Of a stretch of 64,000 bases of DNA, positions 9,172 through 18,588 are shown in pieces. The stretch's first letter is position 1. Every line of letters begins with the position of its first letter. The stretch is from Candidatus Iainarchaeum sp. Its GTDB lineage: Archaea; Iainarchaeota; Iainarchaeia; Iainarchaeales; JAAZKV01. The translations under genes and the position numbers were made by a program. The notes beneath the pieces are model-generated. The model did no database searches, had not been told where the DNA came from, and saw only the letters and a program-made list of their open reading frames with translations. The stretch covers positions 66,921-130,920 of the forward strand of contig JAQUZG010000001.1 of assembly GCA_028691435.1 (NCBI GenBank). Reading direction: 5' to 3'.

Positions 9172-10698
9172 TTACAAGTAAGCTTCAGTATCTTTATTTA
9201 CAATTTCTTCTTTTTCATTAAATCTTTTTGCTAGGTCTTCAAGAGTAAATTCATGTTTTGAATTTTGTGATTTTTTTAATCGGACTTTAAAAAAAGTTGG
9301 AGCATTAACTGCTTCCCCTACTATTAGTGCATCTCCAACTTTAAGTGATGGAATCATATTTATACTTGTTGAATCAAGTCCTTCACTAGTTTGTTTAATG
9401 TGATCTAAATCATATGGGTTAGTAATTCTAAGTATAATTTGTGTATTACAATTAGCTAAAATTGAAGATGATAATCTTTTTGGTCTTTGTGAAATAACTA
9501 CTAATGATGCTCCAAATTTTCTACCTTCTCTAGCAATTGTGGTTAATGGTTCTCTTGCTATTGCTCTTTCTCCAGCTGTACTTTCTGGAATAAAATTGTG
9601 TGCTTCTTCAACAATCAAAGTAAATGGTGGAATTTTTGAATAATTATCTTGTCTAAGATTAAATAATTTTCTTGAAACTAATGCTACAATAATTTGTTTT
9701 TTTCGTTCATCCATTATATCATTTAAATTAATTATTGTTAATTGTCCTTGTTTTAAAAAATCATAAATGCTTGGCTTTTCAATTTTTTCAAAAAGATTTA
9801 ATTGTTCAACTTCATTAAGCATAGCAATTAATGGATTAGCAGTTTTTTCATCTAAATTAAGCACTTCATTTTTTATTTTATTTAAATCAAATGGGCCAGC
9901 TCCACTTTTCATCTCCTGTTTTAATTTATTTATTATATTTAGTATTTCTCTTTTTTGAATATGTGTAATTTTTGGAAAAATTGATGATAATACACTTGGT
10001 GTGATACTTGAACATTTAAATTTAATATCTTTTCCATTAATTATTTTTGTTTTTGAAGAATAATCAGTATATTTATTATCAGTTACTCCTTCTCCAAAAA
10101 AACTATATTCATTATGCACATCAAAAAGTAAAAGTGCGATTTGGCCGTCTTCTTTTTGTCTTTGAAGTATTTCTTCAATAATTACTGAAGTTAAAAAAGA
10201 TTTTCCAGCTCCACTAGTTGCTAATATTGCTAAGTGTTTTTGAAGTAATTTTGATAATTTTGGTTTTAAATTTACATTATGAAATGGTATTTCTCCAAGC
10301 ATTAATCCTTTTTCATCAATTCCTAAAAATCGTTTTATATTTTCGCCTTCTGCAATAAACACTTTTGTACCTGGGGATGGTGGAAAAGTTGGTCTTTGTA
10401 TTTGTTTATTTTCACTAAATATCCCAAGTGGTCTAGTTTTTGCAATTAAAAATTCCCAATCTGCTACTGGGAAATGGTTTTCCATTTCACTTCCGATTGT
10501 TTTTACTGAATCTGGTCGTTCAAAATATCTATTTGTTTTAATTAAATCTTCTACCATGCAAATCATATTGCCTTGTGAATATGGTATTTCGACAAACATT
10601 CCTTTGTGGATCATGCCGTTGTTGATTACAAAATCTACTCTTGATGGTGATGGCCCATCAAAATTTGAAACTACTGTCCCTAATTGTTTTTCGTCCAT
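9172..10698 (-). CDS. herA: HerA-type hexameric DNA helicase/translocase (FtsK-HerA superfamily, DUF87)
   Basis: Walker A LAILATSGAGKSFLTS, Walker B TLIVEEAHNFIP and the C-terminal VVISQRPKRLSSSILANCNTQIILRITNPYDL motif typical of HerA. Confidence 0.8.
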   Translation of the reverse strand: MDEKQLGTVVSNFDGPSPSRVDFVINNGMIHKGMFVEIPYSQGNMICMVEDLIKTNRYFERPDSVKTIGSEMENHFPVADWEFLIAKTRPLGIFSENKQIQRPTFPPSPGTKVFIAEGENIKRFLGIDEKGLMLGEIPFHNVNLKPKLSKLLQKHLAILATSGAGKSFLTSVIIEEILQRQKEDGQIALLLFDVHNEYSFFGEGVTDNKYTDYSSKTKIINGKDIKFKCSSITPSVLSSIFPKITHIQKREILNIINKLKQEMKSGAGPFDLNKIKNEVLNLDEKTANPLIAMLNEVEQLNLFEKIEKPSIYDFLKQGQLTIINLNDIMDERKKQIIVALVSRKLFNLRQDNYSKIPPFTLIVEEAHNFIPESTAGERAIAREPLTTIAREGRKFGASLVVISQRPKRLSSSILANCNTQIILRITNPYDLDHIKQTSEGLDSTSINMIPSLKVGDALIVGEAVNAPTFFKVRLKKSQNSKHEFTLEDLAKRFNEKEEIVNKDTEAYL

Positions 10699-10702
10699 TT
10701 TT

Positions 10703-11368
10703 TCACTCTTTTAATTTTTCTAATACTTCAAATATTTCATCTAAAGATGAAATTATAAAATCTGGTTTTATTTTTGTTTCATTTTTTTTATTTGTTCTAT
10801 TTATCCAACAACTGTGTATTTTACAATTATTTGCGCCCATTATATCACTTTCAAGAGAATCTCCAACCATTATTGCCTCGTTAGAGTTTACATTAAATTC
10901 ATTTAATATTTTTTCAAAAACTATTTTGTTTGGTTTTACATCCCCAAAATTAAATGAAAATCCTAAATAATCAAAATATTTAGTTAATTTTAATTTTTCA
11001 ATTATTTCTTCTGAATGTAAACTTTCGGCATTACTAAGTAATGCAACAGAATATTTATTTTTATTTAATTTTTCAAGAGTTGATCTTACTTCTGGAAAGT
11101 ATTTTATTTTATCAAATCTATTAAGATAAATTTCATTTAATTCTCTTTCTAAGTTTTCATTATTTATTTCATGGAATTCTTTAAAAAAATCGTTTCTTAA
11201 CTCTTCAAAATTATCATATTTCTTTTTTTGTACTGCATTTTCATATCTTGTAATAAATTCGTCCATGCTAATATTTGATTCTTTTAATAATGTCTTTAAA
11301 TTTGCAACATTTATTGTTGCTGGAATTAGAGTTTTCCAAAGATCAAAAATAATTAATTTAACTACCAT
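10703..11368 (-). CDS. HAD-superfamily hydrolase (subfamily IA-like)
   Basis: Motif I IIFDLWKTL (DxD/W variant), motif III K and motif IV MVGDSLESDIMGA. It lies 4 nt upstream of herA and 29 nt downstream of nurA. Confidence 0.6.
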   Translation of the reverse strand: MVVKLIIFDLWKTLIPATINVANLKTLLKESNISMDEFITRYENAVQKKKYDNFEELRNDFFKEFHEINNENLERELNEIYLNRFDKIKYFPEVRSTLEKLNKNKYSVALLSNAESLHSEEIIEKLKLTKYFDYLGFSFNFGDVKPNKIVFEKILNEFNVNSNEAIMVGDSLESDIMGANNCKIHSCWINRTNKKNETKIKPDFIISSLDEIFEVLEKLKE

Positions 11369-11396
11369 GACTTATCACATATATTTATTGACCAAT

Positions 11397-12452
11397 TTAT
11401 TTAAATGGTCTATTGCCTCTCCTTAAATTTAATTTTGGTCCAATTTTATCAATTAATTTATTGAATACTATTTCAATTTCTTCATTTGTTAATCTTGCTC
11501 GCATATCTGCTTCGATTAAAATTGATGGGTAAGAATAATCTTTATGTAATGATGAAAGTTGATAAACAATTGATGCAATTTCATTTGCTTTTTCTTTTAT
11601 ATCTTTTTTTGCAATAAATTCTATTCGTAAAGCTTTATCATAATTTGATGCCTTTAAATAAAATACATATATATTGTTGCTCCAGTCTTTAGTGTATTCT
11701 TTTAGAATGCTATGTTTTTCAATATTTTTTGAATAATTAAAAAAACAAGTTCTTTCCCCATTGATTAATATGTAATCAAGTATTGATGAGTCTGATGCAA
11801 ATTTTAATTGTTCTTCATTAAGTTTTAACGAATCAATTAACACTTCTTTAAATCTATTTCCTCTTGAATCTTCAACAGTTGAAATTAAAGTGCAATTGTT
11901 TTCTTCACTTGTTTTGTATAATTTTTGAAATAAATCAATTATTGACTCATAATCATCTTTAATTTTTGAATCACTTCTTGGTTTATTTTGATATTGTGGA
12001 ATAATTGAACCGTCAATAAAAAGATATTTTGGTTTTTTTTCAATAATTAATTCTATTGATGTTGTGATTTCTTTTTTTAATCTTTCAATACCTTTACTTT
12101 GTTCTTCTTCATCATTCTCAAGTCCATTTTTAAGTAAAATTGGTTCTGGAAAAAGAGTTGGTTTGAAGTATTCTGCTTTTGTTAACTTTGAATCATTATA
12201 ACTAAAAATGACTGCTCCAATTTTTATTAAAAGTATATCTAAAAATGAAAGTCTTTTAGAAACAAATCCACTATCTACTCCGGCTATATCGCAATCAAAT
12301 TTAACTATTTTTATTTTTGACACAATTGTTTCAATTTCATTAATTGATAATTTGCTTTTTGATGGCACTAAATATTTTCCAAGTGTTTCGTTTTTTGTGT
12401 AATGTTGATTAATTTCTTCAAATGCTTGGTTCATGAAATTAGTATATTGCAT
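11397..12452 (-). CDS. nurA: NurA 5'-3' nuclease
   Basis: Conserved NurA-domain aspartates IAGVDSGF and YLFIDGSIIP. About 350 aa. Classical archaeal partner of HerA. Confidence 0.7.
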   Translation of the reverse strand: MQYTNFMNQAFEEINQHYTKNETLGKYLVPSKSKLSINEIETIVSKIKIVKFDCDIAGVDSGFVSKRLSFLDILLIKIGAVIFSYNDSKLTKAEYFKPTLFPEPILLKNGLENDEEEQSKGIERLKKEITTSIELIIEKKPKYLFIDGSIIPQYQNKPRSDSKIKDDYESIIDLFQKLYKTSEENNCTLISTVEDSRGNRFKEVLIDSLKLNEEQLKFASDSSILDYILINGERTCFFNYSKNIEKHSILKEYTKDWSNNIYVFYLKASNYDKALRIEFIAKKDIKEKANEIASIVYQLSSLHKDYSYPSILIEADMRARLTNEEIEIVFNKLIDKIGPKLNLRRGNRPFK

Positions 12453-12613
12453 AAAAAGATATGATTTAATTGGTTTTTAATGGTTTTTGATGTGGTCAGC
12501 CGATTATTTTGAAAAATTTGATTAAATTTTTTATTTTTTTTGATTATTTTTTAAAATTTTGGTTTTACACGCAGGTTTTTAAATAAAAATGCTGTTTATA
12601 TCTATGTGATATT

Positions 12614-13105
12614 ATGAAAGCTATATTTGAAGTTAAAACAATTAATGCGCCTTGGAAGCCACCGTTTGATAAAGTAATAACAACAGAAACCTACACTGTT
12701 GATGAAAATGAATCATTTGATAGAATTACTGGTAATGGGTTTGATGAACCTGTTTTTACATTTGTTCAATCAATTGGCCAAATGGCAATTGTAGTTTATT
12801 CAAAGACATTTACTCTTAAAGGATTAAATCCAAGTAATAGACGAATACAATTATCTAATGGTGAAGAAATGGCTCTAACTTATTTGTGGGGCGAAAATGG
12901 CATAACAAAAAAAATTACATTTAAAGGATTTACTTATTCTGATGCAACTAATGATTCTAATGAAAACAATTCTTCAGAAATTAATTCAAATGAAACTGAA
13001 GTTAATAAAAGTGTGAATTCAGAACAAGATTTAAATCAAAATATTGAAGAAGATAATGAAAATAATAATTACAAAAATATTGATAATGAAACAATGATAA
13101 TGTAA
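12614..13105 (+). CDS. Hypothetical protein with acidic, Asn-rich C-terminal tail
   Basis: 163-aa ORF with no recognisable motif. Confidence 0.3.
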   Translation: MKAIFEVKTINAPWKPPFDKVITTETYTVDENESFDRITGNGFDEPVFTFVQSIGQMAIVVYSKTFTLKGLNPSNRRIQLSNGEEMALTYLWGENGITKKITFKGFTYSDATNDSNENNSSEINSNETEVNKSVNSEQDLNQNIEEDNENNNYKNIDNETMIM

Positions 13106-13109
13106 TTAT

Positions 13110-13343
13110 TTATTTTTTTCTTGTTGTTCTAAGTTGCATTCCATTTACTTTTCTTTTGAATCCTTCTAACATTGCTGTCATAACTTCTCTTTGAGCAGGT
13201 GTAATTGGTTCTCCATTTATTTTTCCAGTTCTTAATGCATTAGTTATTTCTTTAATTCCAGTTGATGCTCTTCCGTTTCTATTGTCCTTTCGTATCGCTC
13301 CTTCAATTTTACCACGCAATATTGTTGCTCTTGATACATTCAT
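13110..13343 (-). CDS. Hypothetical small basic protein, possibly nucleic-acid binding
   Basis: 77 aa, K/R-rich. The segment RNGRASTGIKEITNA loosely resembles an HU/IHF arm motif (RxGRNPxTGxxIxI) but in a different position. Not assigned. Confidence 0.3.
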   Translation of the reverse strand: MNVSRATILRGKIEGAIRKDNRNGRASTGIKEITNALRTGKINGEPITPAQREVMTAMLEGFKRKVNGMQLRTTRKK

Positions 13344-13430
13344 ACTATCACCTTATTTAATTTGTTTTTATTGTATTTAAATTTATTTAATTTAGTTATA
13401 TTTATAAACCTTATATGAAAATATATTCAT

Positions 13431-13745
13431 ATGAAGAAAGATTCATTTAAACTAAATGCTCCACATAAATGTTTTAATGTTCTTGGCAATGAATTAAGGT
13501 ATAAAATAATTCAATCTCTTACATTGTCTGAAAAGTCAGTTCTTGAACTATGTAATGAACTTGAAGAAGAACAAAGTAAAATTAGTCACTCTCTAACTCA
13601 ATTAAAAGAATGTAGTTTTGTTGATTTTAAAGTAAATGGAAAAGAACGAATTTATTATCTAAAAAGTGATGTGTTTACGAAAAATAAACCAATTTTCCAA
13701 GCAATTGCAGAACATGTTGAAAAATATTGTAAATATAAATACTAA
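13431..13745 (+). CDS. ArsR/SmtB-family HTH transcriptional regulator
   Basis: LGNELRYKIIQSL...SVLELCNEL...ISHSLTQLKECSFV is a typical ArsR wHTH. It sits directly upstream of iscS-iscU. Confidence 0.6.
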   Translation: MKKDSFKLNAPHKCFNVLGNELRYKIIQSLTLSEKSVLELCNELEEEQSKISHSLTQLKECSFVDFKVNGKERIYYLKSDVFTKNKPIFQAIAEHVEKYCKYKY

Positions 13746-13764
13746 ATATTTTATAGTTGATTTT

Positions 13765-14988
13765 ATGAAGAAAATAGACTCAAAAAAAATAAATTCAAAA
13801 AAATTAAAAACAATTTATTTTGATAATGGTGCGACAACACCTGTGCGAAAAGAAGTATTAAATGTTTCTTTACCATTTTTTTTGAAAGATTATGCTAATC
13901 CAAGTAGTTTTCATTCAACGGGATTAAAAGCAAAAAAAGCACTTGATGAATCTAGAAAAAAAATTGCTCAAATTCTAAATTGTGAAAAAGATGAAATTAT
14001 TTTTACAGGTAGTGGAACAGAAAGTATAAATCTTGCAATTAAAGGGATTGCATTTAATGAATTAATTAATTCAATAAAAGATAATAGAAAAATTAATGGA
14101 CATTTTATTACTCAAAAAACAGAACATGACGCAGTTTTGGCTACTATGAAGTGGTTAGAAAAATTAGGATTTGAAATAACTTATTTAGGCGTAGATAAAT
14201 ATGGATTAATTAATTTAAAAGATTTAAAAAAATCAATAAAATCAAACACATTACTTGTTAGTATAATGTATGCAAATAATGAAATTGGAACAATACAAGA
14301 TTTGCCAGCAATTTCAAGAATATGTAAAGAAAAAAAAGTTTTATTTCATACTGATGCTTGTCAAGGTGGAGAATATTTATTACTTGATGTAAAAAAACTT
14401 GGTGTGGATTTAATGACATTAAATGGAAGTAAAATTTATTCATTTAAAGGGACAGGATTACTTTATAAAAATAAAAATATTAAAATCGAACCATTGATTC
14501 ATGGCGGTGGCCAAGAATTTAATTTACGTTCTGGAACAGAAAATATTGCTGGGATTGTTGCACTTGTAAAAGCGTTAGAAATTGCAGAAAAAGAAAAAAT
14601 AATTGAATCAAAAAGATTAACAAAATTAAGAAATTATTTTATAAAAAAAGTAGAAAAAGAAATTCCAAAAACAAAGTTAAACGGCTCAATTGAAAATAGA
14701 CTTCCAAATAATATTAATTTTTCATTTTATGGTATTGAAGGCGAATCATTACTTTTGTTACTTAATGAAGCTGGAATAAATGTTTCTACTGGTTCGGCTT
14801 GTTCATCTAAATCCTTAGAAGCAAGTCATGTTTTAATGGCAATTGGTTTGACGCATGAATTAAGTCATTCAAGTATAAGATTTAGCCTTGGCTACAAATC
14901 TACAAAAAAAGAAATTGATTATGTTATTAACACATTAAAAGAAAGTGTAAAAAAATTAAGATTAATGAGTCCACTTTGGGAGGAATAA
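13765..14988 (+). CDS. iscS: Cysteine desulfurase (IscS/NifS, class V aminotransferase)
   Basis: TIYFDNGATTP, PLP-lysine region LNGSKIYSFKGTGLLY and catalytic Cys loop SACSS. The true start is probably ATG 13765; the track ORF begins at 13666, inside the upstream gene. Confidence 0.8.
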   Translation: MKKIDSKKINSKKLKTIYFDNGATTPVRKEVLNVSLPFFLKDYANPSSFHSTGLKAKKALDESRKKIAQILNCEKDEIIFTGSGTESINLAIKGIAFNELINSIKDNRKINGHFITQKTEHDAVLATMKWLEKLGFEITYLGVDKYGLINLKDLKKSIKSNTLLVSIMYANNEIGTIQDLPAISRICKEKKVLFHTDACQGGEYLLLDVKKLGVDLMTLNGSKIYSFKGTGLLYKNKNIKIEPLIHGGGQEFNLRSGTENIAGIVALVKALEIAEKEKIIESKRLTKLRNYFIKKVEKEIPKTKLNGSIENRLPNNINFSFYGIEGESLLLLLNEAGINVSTGSACSSKSLEASHVLMAIGLTHELSHSSIRFSLGYKSTKKEIDYVINTLKESVKKLRLMSPLWEE

Positions 14989-14990
14989 TT

Positions 14991-15407
14991 ATGCAAGTAG
15001 AAGGAGAAAATTGGTTTTATTCAGATATTGTAAAAGAACATTTTCTAAACCCAAAAAATTTTTTAAAAGACAAAAAAGATATTTTAGATTTTAATGGTTA
15101 TGGTAAAGTTGGTAATGTAAAATGTGGCGACATAATGGAAATGTGGATTAAAATAAAAAATGACAAAATTATTGATTGTAAATGGAAAACTTTTGGCTGT
15201 GCTAGTGCGATTGCATCTACTTCAATGTTATCTGTTATGTTAACTGAAAATGGTGGAATGAAATTAAATGATGCAATGAAATTAAGTGGAAAAGAAATTA
15301 CTGATAGGCTTGGTGGATTACCTGGAATAAAGATTCATTGTTCAGTTTTGGGTGATGAAGCACTTCGTGAAGCAATTAAAGATTATCAATCTAAAAACAA
15401 AGGATAG
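14991..15407 (+). CDS. iscU: Fe-S cluster scaffold IscU/NifU-like
   Basis: Conserved cysteines in VKCGD..., TFGCASAIASTS and HCSVL. GGAGG RBS 7 nt upstream of ATG 14991. Confidence 0.8.
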   Translation: MQVEGENWFYSDIVKEHFLNPKNFLKDKKDILDFNGYGKVGNVKCGDIMEMWIKIKNDKIIDCKWKTFGCASAIASTSMLSVMLTENGGMKLNDAMKLSGKEITDRLGGLPGIKIHCSVLGDEALREAIKDYQSKNKG

Positions 15408-15469
15408 TATAATTTTTGCTATTTATTTTTTATTGAGTTAATTTAGTAAAATAAATTAATTTAAAAACA

Positions 15470-15516
15470 ATTTAGTTCAATTCTTTTTAAAGATTTAATA
15501 CTTTGGGGGAAATTAA
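15470..15516 (+). promoter_or_regulatory. Putative TATA-like element plus strong GGGGG RBS for surface-protein gene
   Basis: tttaaagatttaatactttgggggaaattaaATG: A/T box about 30 nt upstream and a G-rich Shine-Dalgarno 8 nt before the start. Confidence 0.3.
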
Positions 15517-18111
15517 ATGGATTATTTTAAACAAATTTTTACAATTTTATTGGGGTTAATTTTAATTAGTGGGGTATTTGCGGCAAGTCCACAAATGTTA
15601 TTTTCTACTGAATTATCGGGTGCGCATTATACTAATTATCCTAGTCTTGATTTTTATGCATCTGATACTGATGGTGATTTAAATACACTTTTAGTTGATG
15701 TGAATTATGTGATTGATAATACTACTATTTTTCATGATCAAAATTCTAGTGTTGCGGTAGCTACTAATGATATTAATCAAAAAGTTAATTTAATTGGTTC
15801 GCCCGATGGGAATTACTTAATTACTTTAACAGCTATTGATAATGCATTAAATACAACAATCCAATCTTATTGGGTGTTTATTGATACTGCTGCTCCAGTA
15901 GTTACATCCGTTGTTACAGTTGATGAAGATTACCTTTATGGAATAAATAGGGAATTAACTGTAAAAGTTAATGCTACTGATTTGTCAGGAATTGGTAGAG
16001 TTTTTATTGATTTAAATAACATAATAAAAACAAATTGTGCAGTATCTGGAAGTTTTTGTGAAATGACTCAAAAAACAGACGGAAATTGGACAATAAATTT
16101 AGGTGATGGGTGGGATTATGATTTTAATCAATTTGATGTAAATGTAAGAGTTGGTGATAAAACTTTAGCAAATTTTGCCGATGCAAATTATTTGTTAAAT
16201 GATGGTCAAGGTATTTTTCTTTATAGTTTAGAATATGTTTCATCTGACTTAAATGGGATTTCATCAACAAATTTTAAAGACATTAATAACTTCCAAAGAG
16301 TTTTGAATTTAACATTTGAAAAAACAGGTTATGGAAAAATTGTTTTCAATCAAGATATTAATTTGCTTGATGGTATGACAGTTAATGAATTATTAAATTT
16401 AGCAAATGCAATAACAATTGATGTTAATAGTGAAAATACTGATCAAAAATCAATTGACATAAATAGTCTAGCTTTTGCAAATTTAAATAAATCAGCAACA
16501 CTATATTTATACAATTTAAATTATTCATCTATTCCAAAAATAATTTACATTAATTCAAGTGGGACTACTGAAGTTTGTTCAACAGATAGATGTTCATCTT
16601 TAGATTATAATTTGGTTTCAAAAACAGCAACATTTAATGTAACTGGATTTAGTAAATATCAAACATCTTATAATTTACCAGTATTTACTAATTCACTTTC
16701 AACAAATATTGATTCTGCTGAATATGAATTTTTTTCAGATTCAAACACACTTCAAATACAAGCTAGTCAAACATTTAAATTATTTATTCCTGTTACAAAA
16801 GGAAGTTATGATTTAAATTTATCATCTTGTAAAATTGATATAAACGGAATTATTTATTCTGCTGATTGGAACAGTGATGGTAATAATTGTCAATATCAAT
16901 TTGTTTCTGGTGTTCCAAATGGATCAAGTTGGACAGTAAAATTTAATATTAAAGATATTAATGGACATGATGTTAATTCTGCAACATACTCAATTGTTGG
17001 AGATTCATCTTCACCAATAATTACAATTTTATCTAATTCTTCAGTTTCAACTTCAACTGGAGTAATTACATTAAGATCTAATGAAAAATCAACTTGTAAA
17101 TATAATTCTTCAAATGTATCTTATGATTCAATGAATTCAAGTGTTTATTCATTAGCTGCAAACACATCATTAAACGTTACAATCTCTGGATTATCTTCTG
17201 GGACATCATATGGATATTATTTTAAATGTAAAGATTATGCTGGAAATGAATCAAATGCTGATAATAATTATATTTCATTTACAACATCTTCATCTTCTTC
17301 ACCTGATTCAGCAGCTAGTTCGGCTTCTTCATCATCTAATTCATCTTCAACAAAAGATTATATTGATGAAACTGCAAATACTCCTAATTCAACACCATTA
17401 GTAATTTCTAAATCTACTGATTCAGATGAAATTTCTAATGATGAAGTTAGAGGAATTTTAACTGATGCAAAAGATAATAATGGTAAAGCTCTATTTTCTG
17501 AAGAAGAAATTTTAAAAATGGTTGAAGAATCAAATAAATTTTCTTTTGTTAGAGAAGTTAAAGTAGAAGAAATTGATAATAATGGAATAATTACTTATCA
17601 AACGACTTTCACAATAAAAATAAAAAATACAACTGATAAAAATTTATCTGATGTATTAATTGTTGAAGTAATTCCAAAAGATTTAATAAATTTTATTGAT
17701 TTAAATATGATTAAATCAATTTATCAATTTAGAATATTAGCTAGTGATCCAGTTGTTGAATTTACTGTTCCATTGGTTGATGCAAATACTGAATTAGTAT
17801 TAGAATATACTATTGATTTAAACAATAAACCTGATGTAAACAATATTGTTTTTTCATCACCCTTAGTAAAAAATACAAACATATTTGTTGCAAAATCAAC
17901 TGATTCAATGAATTGGATTTTTGACATTCTTCAAATTATAATAATTTTGATAGTTCTTGGATTAATTATTGGGGCTGGGATAGTTATTTATTCAAACTCA
18001 AATAAATCTAAATCTAAAACTGATTCAAAAAAAGAGGTTAAAAAATCAACTGATTCAAAAGCGTCAAATTCGAACTCTGAACATAAAGGAAAATTCAAAT
18101 TAAAAAAGTAA
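15517..18111 (+). CDS. Large secreted surface glycoprotein, S-layer-like
   Basis: N-terminal signal peptide MDYFKQIFTILLGLILISGVFAAS. About 800 aa rich in N-x-S/T sequons. Ser-rich linker SSSSSPDSAASSASSSSNSSS. C-terminal TM helix IIIILIVLGLIIGAGIVIY plus a Lys-rich tail. Confidence 0.6.
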   Translation: MDYFKQIFTILLGLILISGVFAASPQMLFSTELSGAHYTNYPSLDFYASDTDGDLNTLLVDVNYVIDNTTIFHDQNSSVAVATNDINQKVNLIGSPDGNYLITLTAIDNALNTTIQSYWVFIDTAAPVVTSVVTVDEDYLYGINRELTVKVNATDLSGIGRVFIDLNNIIKTNCAVSGSFCEMTQKTDGNWTINLGDGWDYDFNQFDVNVRVGDKTLANFADANYLLNDGQGIFLYSLEYVSSDLNGISSTNFKDINNFQRVLNLTFEKTGYGKIVFNQDINLLDGMTVNELLNLANAITIDVNSENTDQKSIDINSLAFANLNKSATLYLYNLNYSSIPKIIYINSSGTTEVCSTDRCSSLDYNLVSKTATFNVTGFSKYQTSYNLPVFTNSLSTNIDSAEYEFFSDSNTLQIQASQTFKLFIPVTKGSYDLNLSSCKIDINGIIYSADWNSDGNNCQYQFVSGVPNGSSWTVKFNIKDINGHDVNSATYSIVGDSSSPIITILSNSSVSTSTGVITLRSNEKSTCKYNSSNVSYDSMNSSVYSLAANTSLNVTISGLSSGTSYGYYFKCKDYAGNESNADNNYISFTTSSSSSPDSAASSASSSSNSSSTKDYIDETANTPNSTPLVISKSTDSDEISNDEVRGILTDAKDNNGKALFSEEEILKMVEESNKFSFVREVKVEEIDNNGIITYQTTFTIKIKNTTDKNLSDVLIVEVIPKDLINFIDLNMIKSIYQFRILASDPVVEFTVPLVDANTELVLEYTIDLNNKPDVNNIVFSSPLVKNTNIFVAKSTDSMNWIFDILQIIIILIVLGLIIGAGIVIYSNSNKSKSKTDSKKEVKKSTDSKASNSNSEHKGKFKLKK

Positions 18112-18119
18112 TTTAAGTG

Positions 18120-18156
18120 GAAATGCAAATCAATGCATTTCTTTTTCTTTTTCTTA
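18120..18156 (+). terminator. Hairpin plus T-tract downstream of surface-protein gene
   Basis: gaaatgca-aatcaa-tgcatttc (8-bp stem) followed by tttttctttttctt. Confidence 0.4.
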
Positions 18157-18190
18157 TTAGTTTAAATAATAATCTAGTTATAATTAATTT

Positions 18191-18535
18191 ATGGAATTAG
18201 TACAATATATTATCATCAATAATTCACTTGGTATGAATAAAGGTAAAATTGCAGCACAAGCTTGCCATGCATCTGTTTTAGTGCTTGAAAAAGTTGATGA
18301 TGCGATTATTGATGATTGGAAAAATCAAGGAATGAAGAAAATTGTACTTAAAATAAATTCAACAGATGATTTAATTAAAAAGTTTCAATTTGTTAAAGAA
18401 AAAAAATTGCCTGTTGCATTAATTACAGATGCTGGTAAAACTCAAATTGCGCCTGGAAGTAAAACTTGTTTTGCTTGTGGACCAATTGATGAAAAAATTG
18501 GACAAGTTTATTTTTCAGATTTAAAATTACTTTAA
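18191..18535 (+). CDS. pth2: Peptidyl-tRNA hydrolase, archaeal/eukaryotic PTH2 type
   Basis: GMNKGKIAAQACHASV matches the PTH2 active-site region. 114 aa. Confidence 0.75.
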   Translation: MELVQYIIINNSLGMNKGKIAAQACHASVLVLEKVDDAIIDDWKNQGMKKIVLKINSTDDLIKKFQFVKEKKLPVALITDAGKTQIAPGSKTCFACGPIDEKIGQVYFSDLKLL

Positions 18536-18588
18536 TTTTAAAGTTAATAGAAATTTTTAGTATAAATTAATTATTTTTGGTGTAATCT

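Noticed and set aside
12453-12613. tggtttttaatggtttttgatg direct repeat in the nurA/12614 divergent spacer
   Set aside because: It is a short 9-bp repeat in AT-rich DNA. It may be promoter-related, and there is insufficient evidence for a defined regulatory site.
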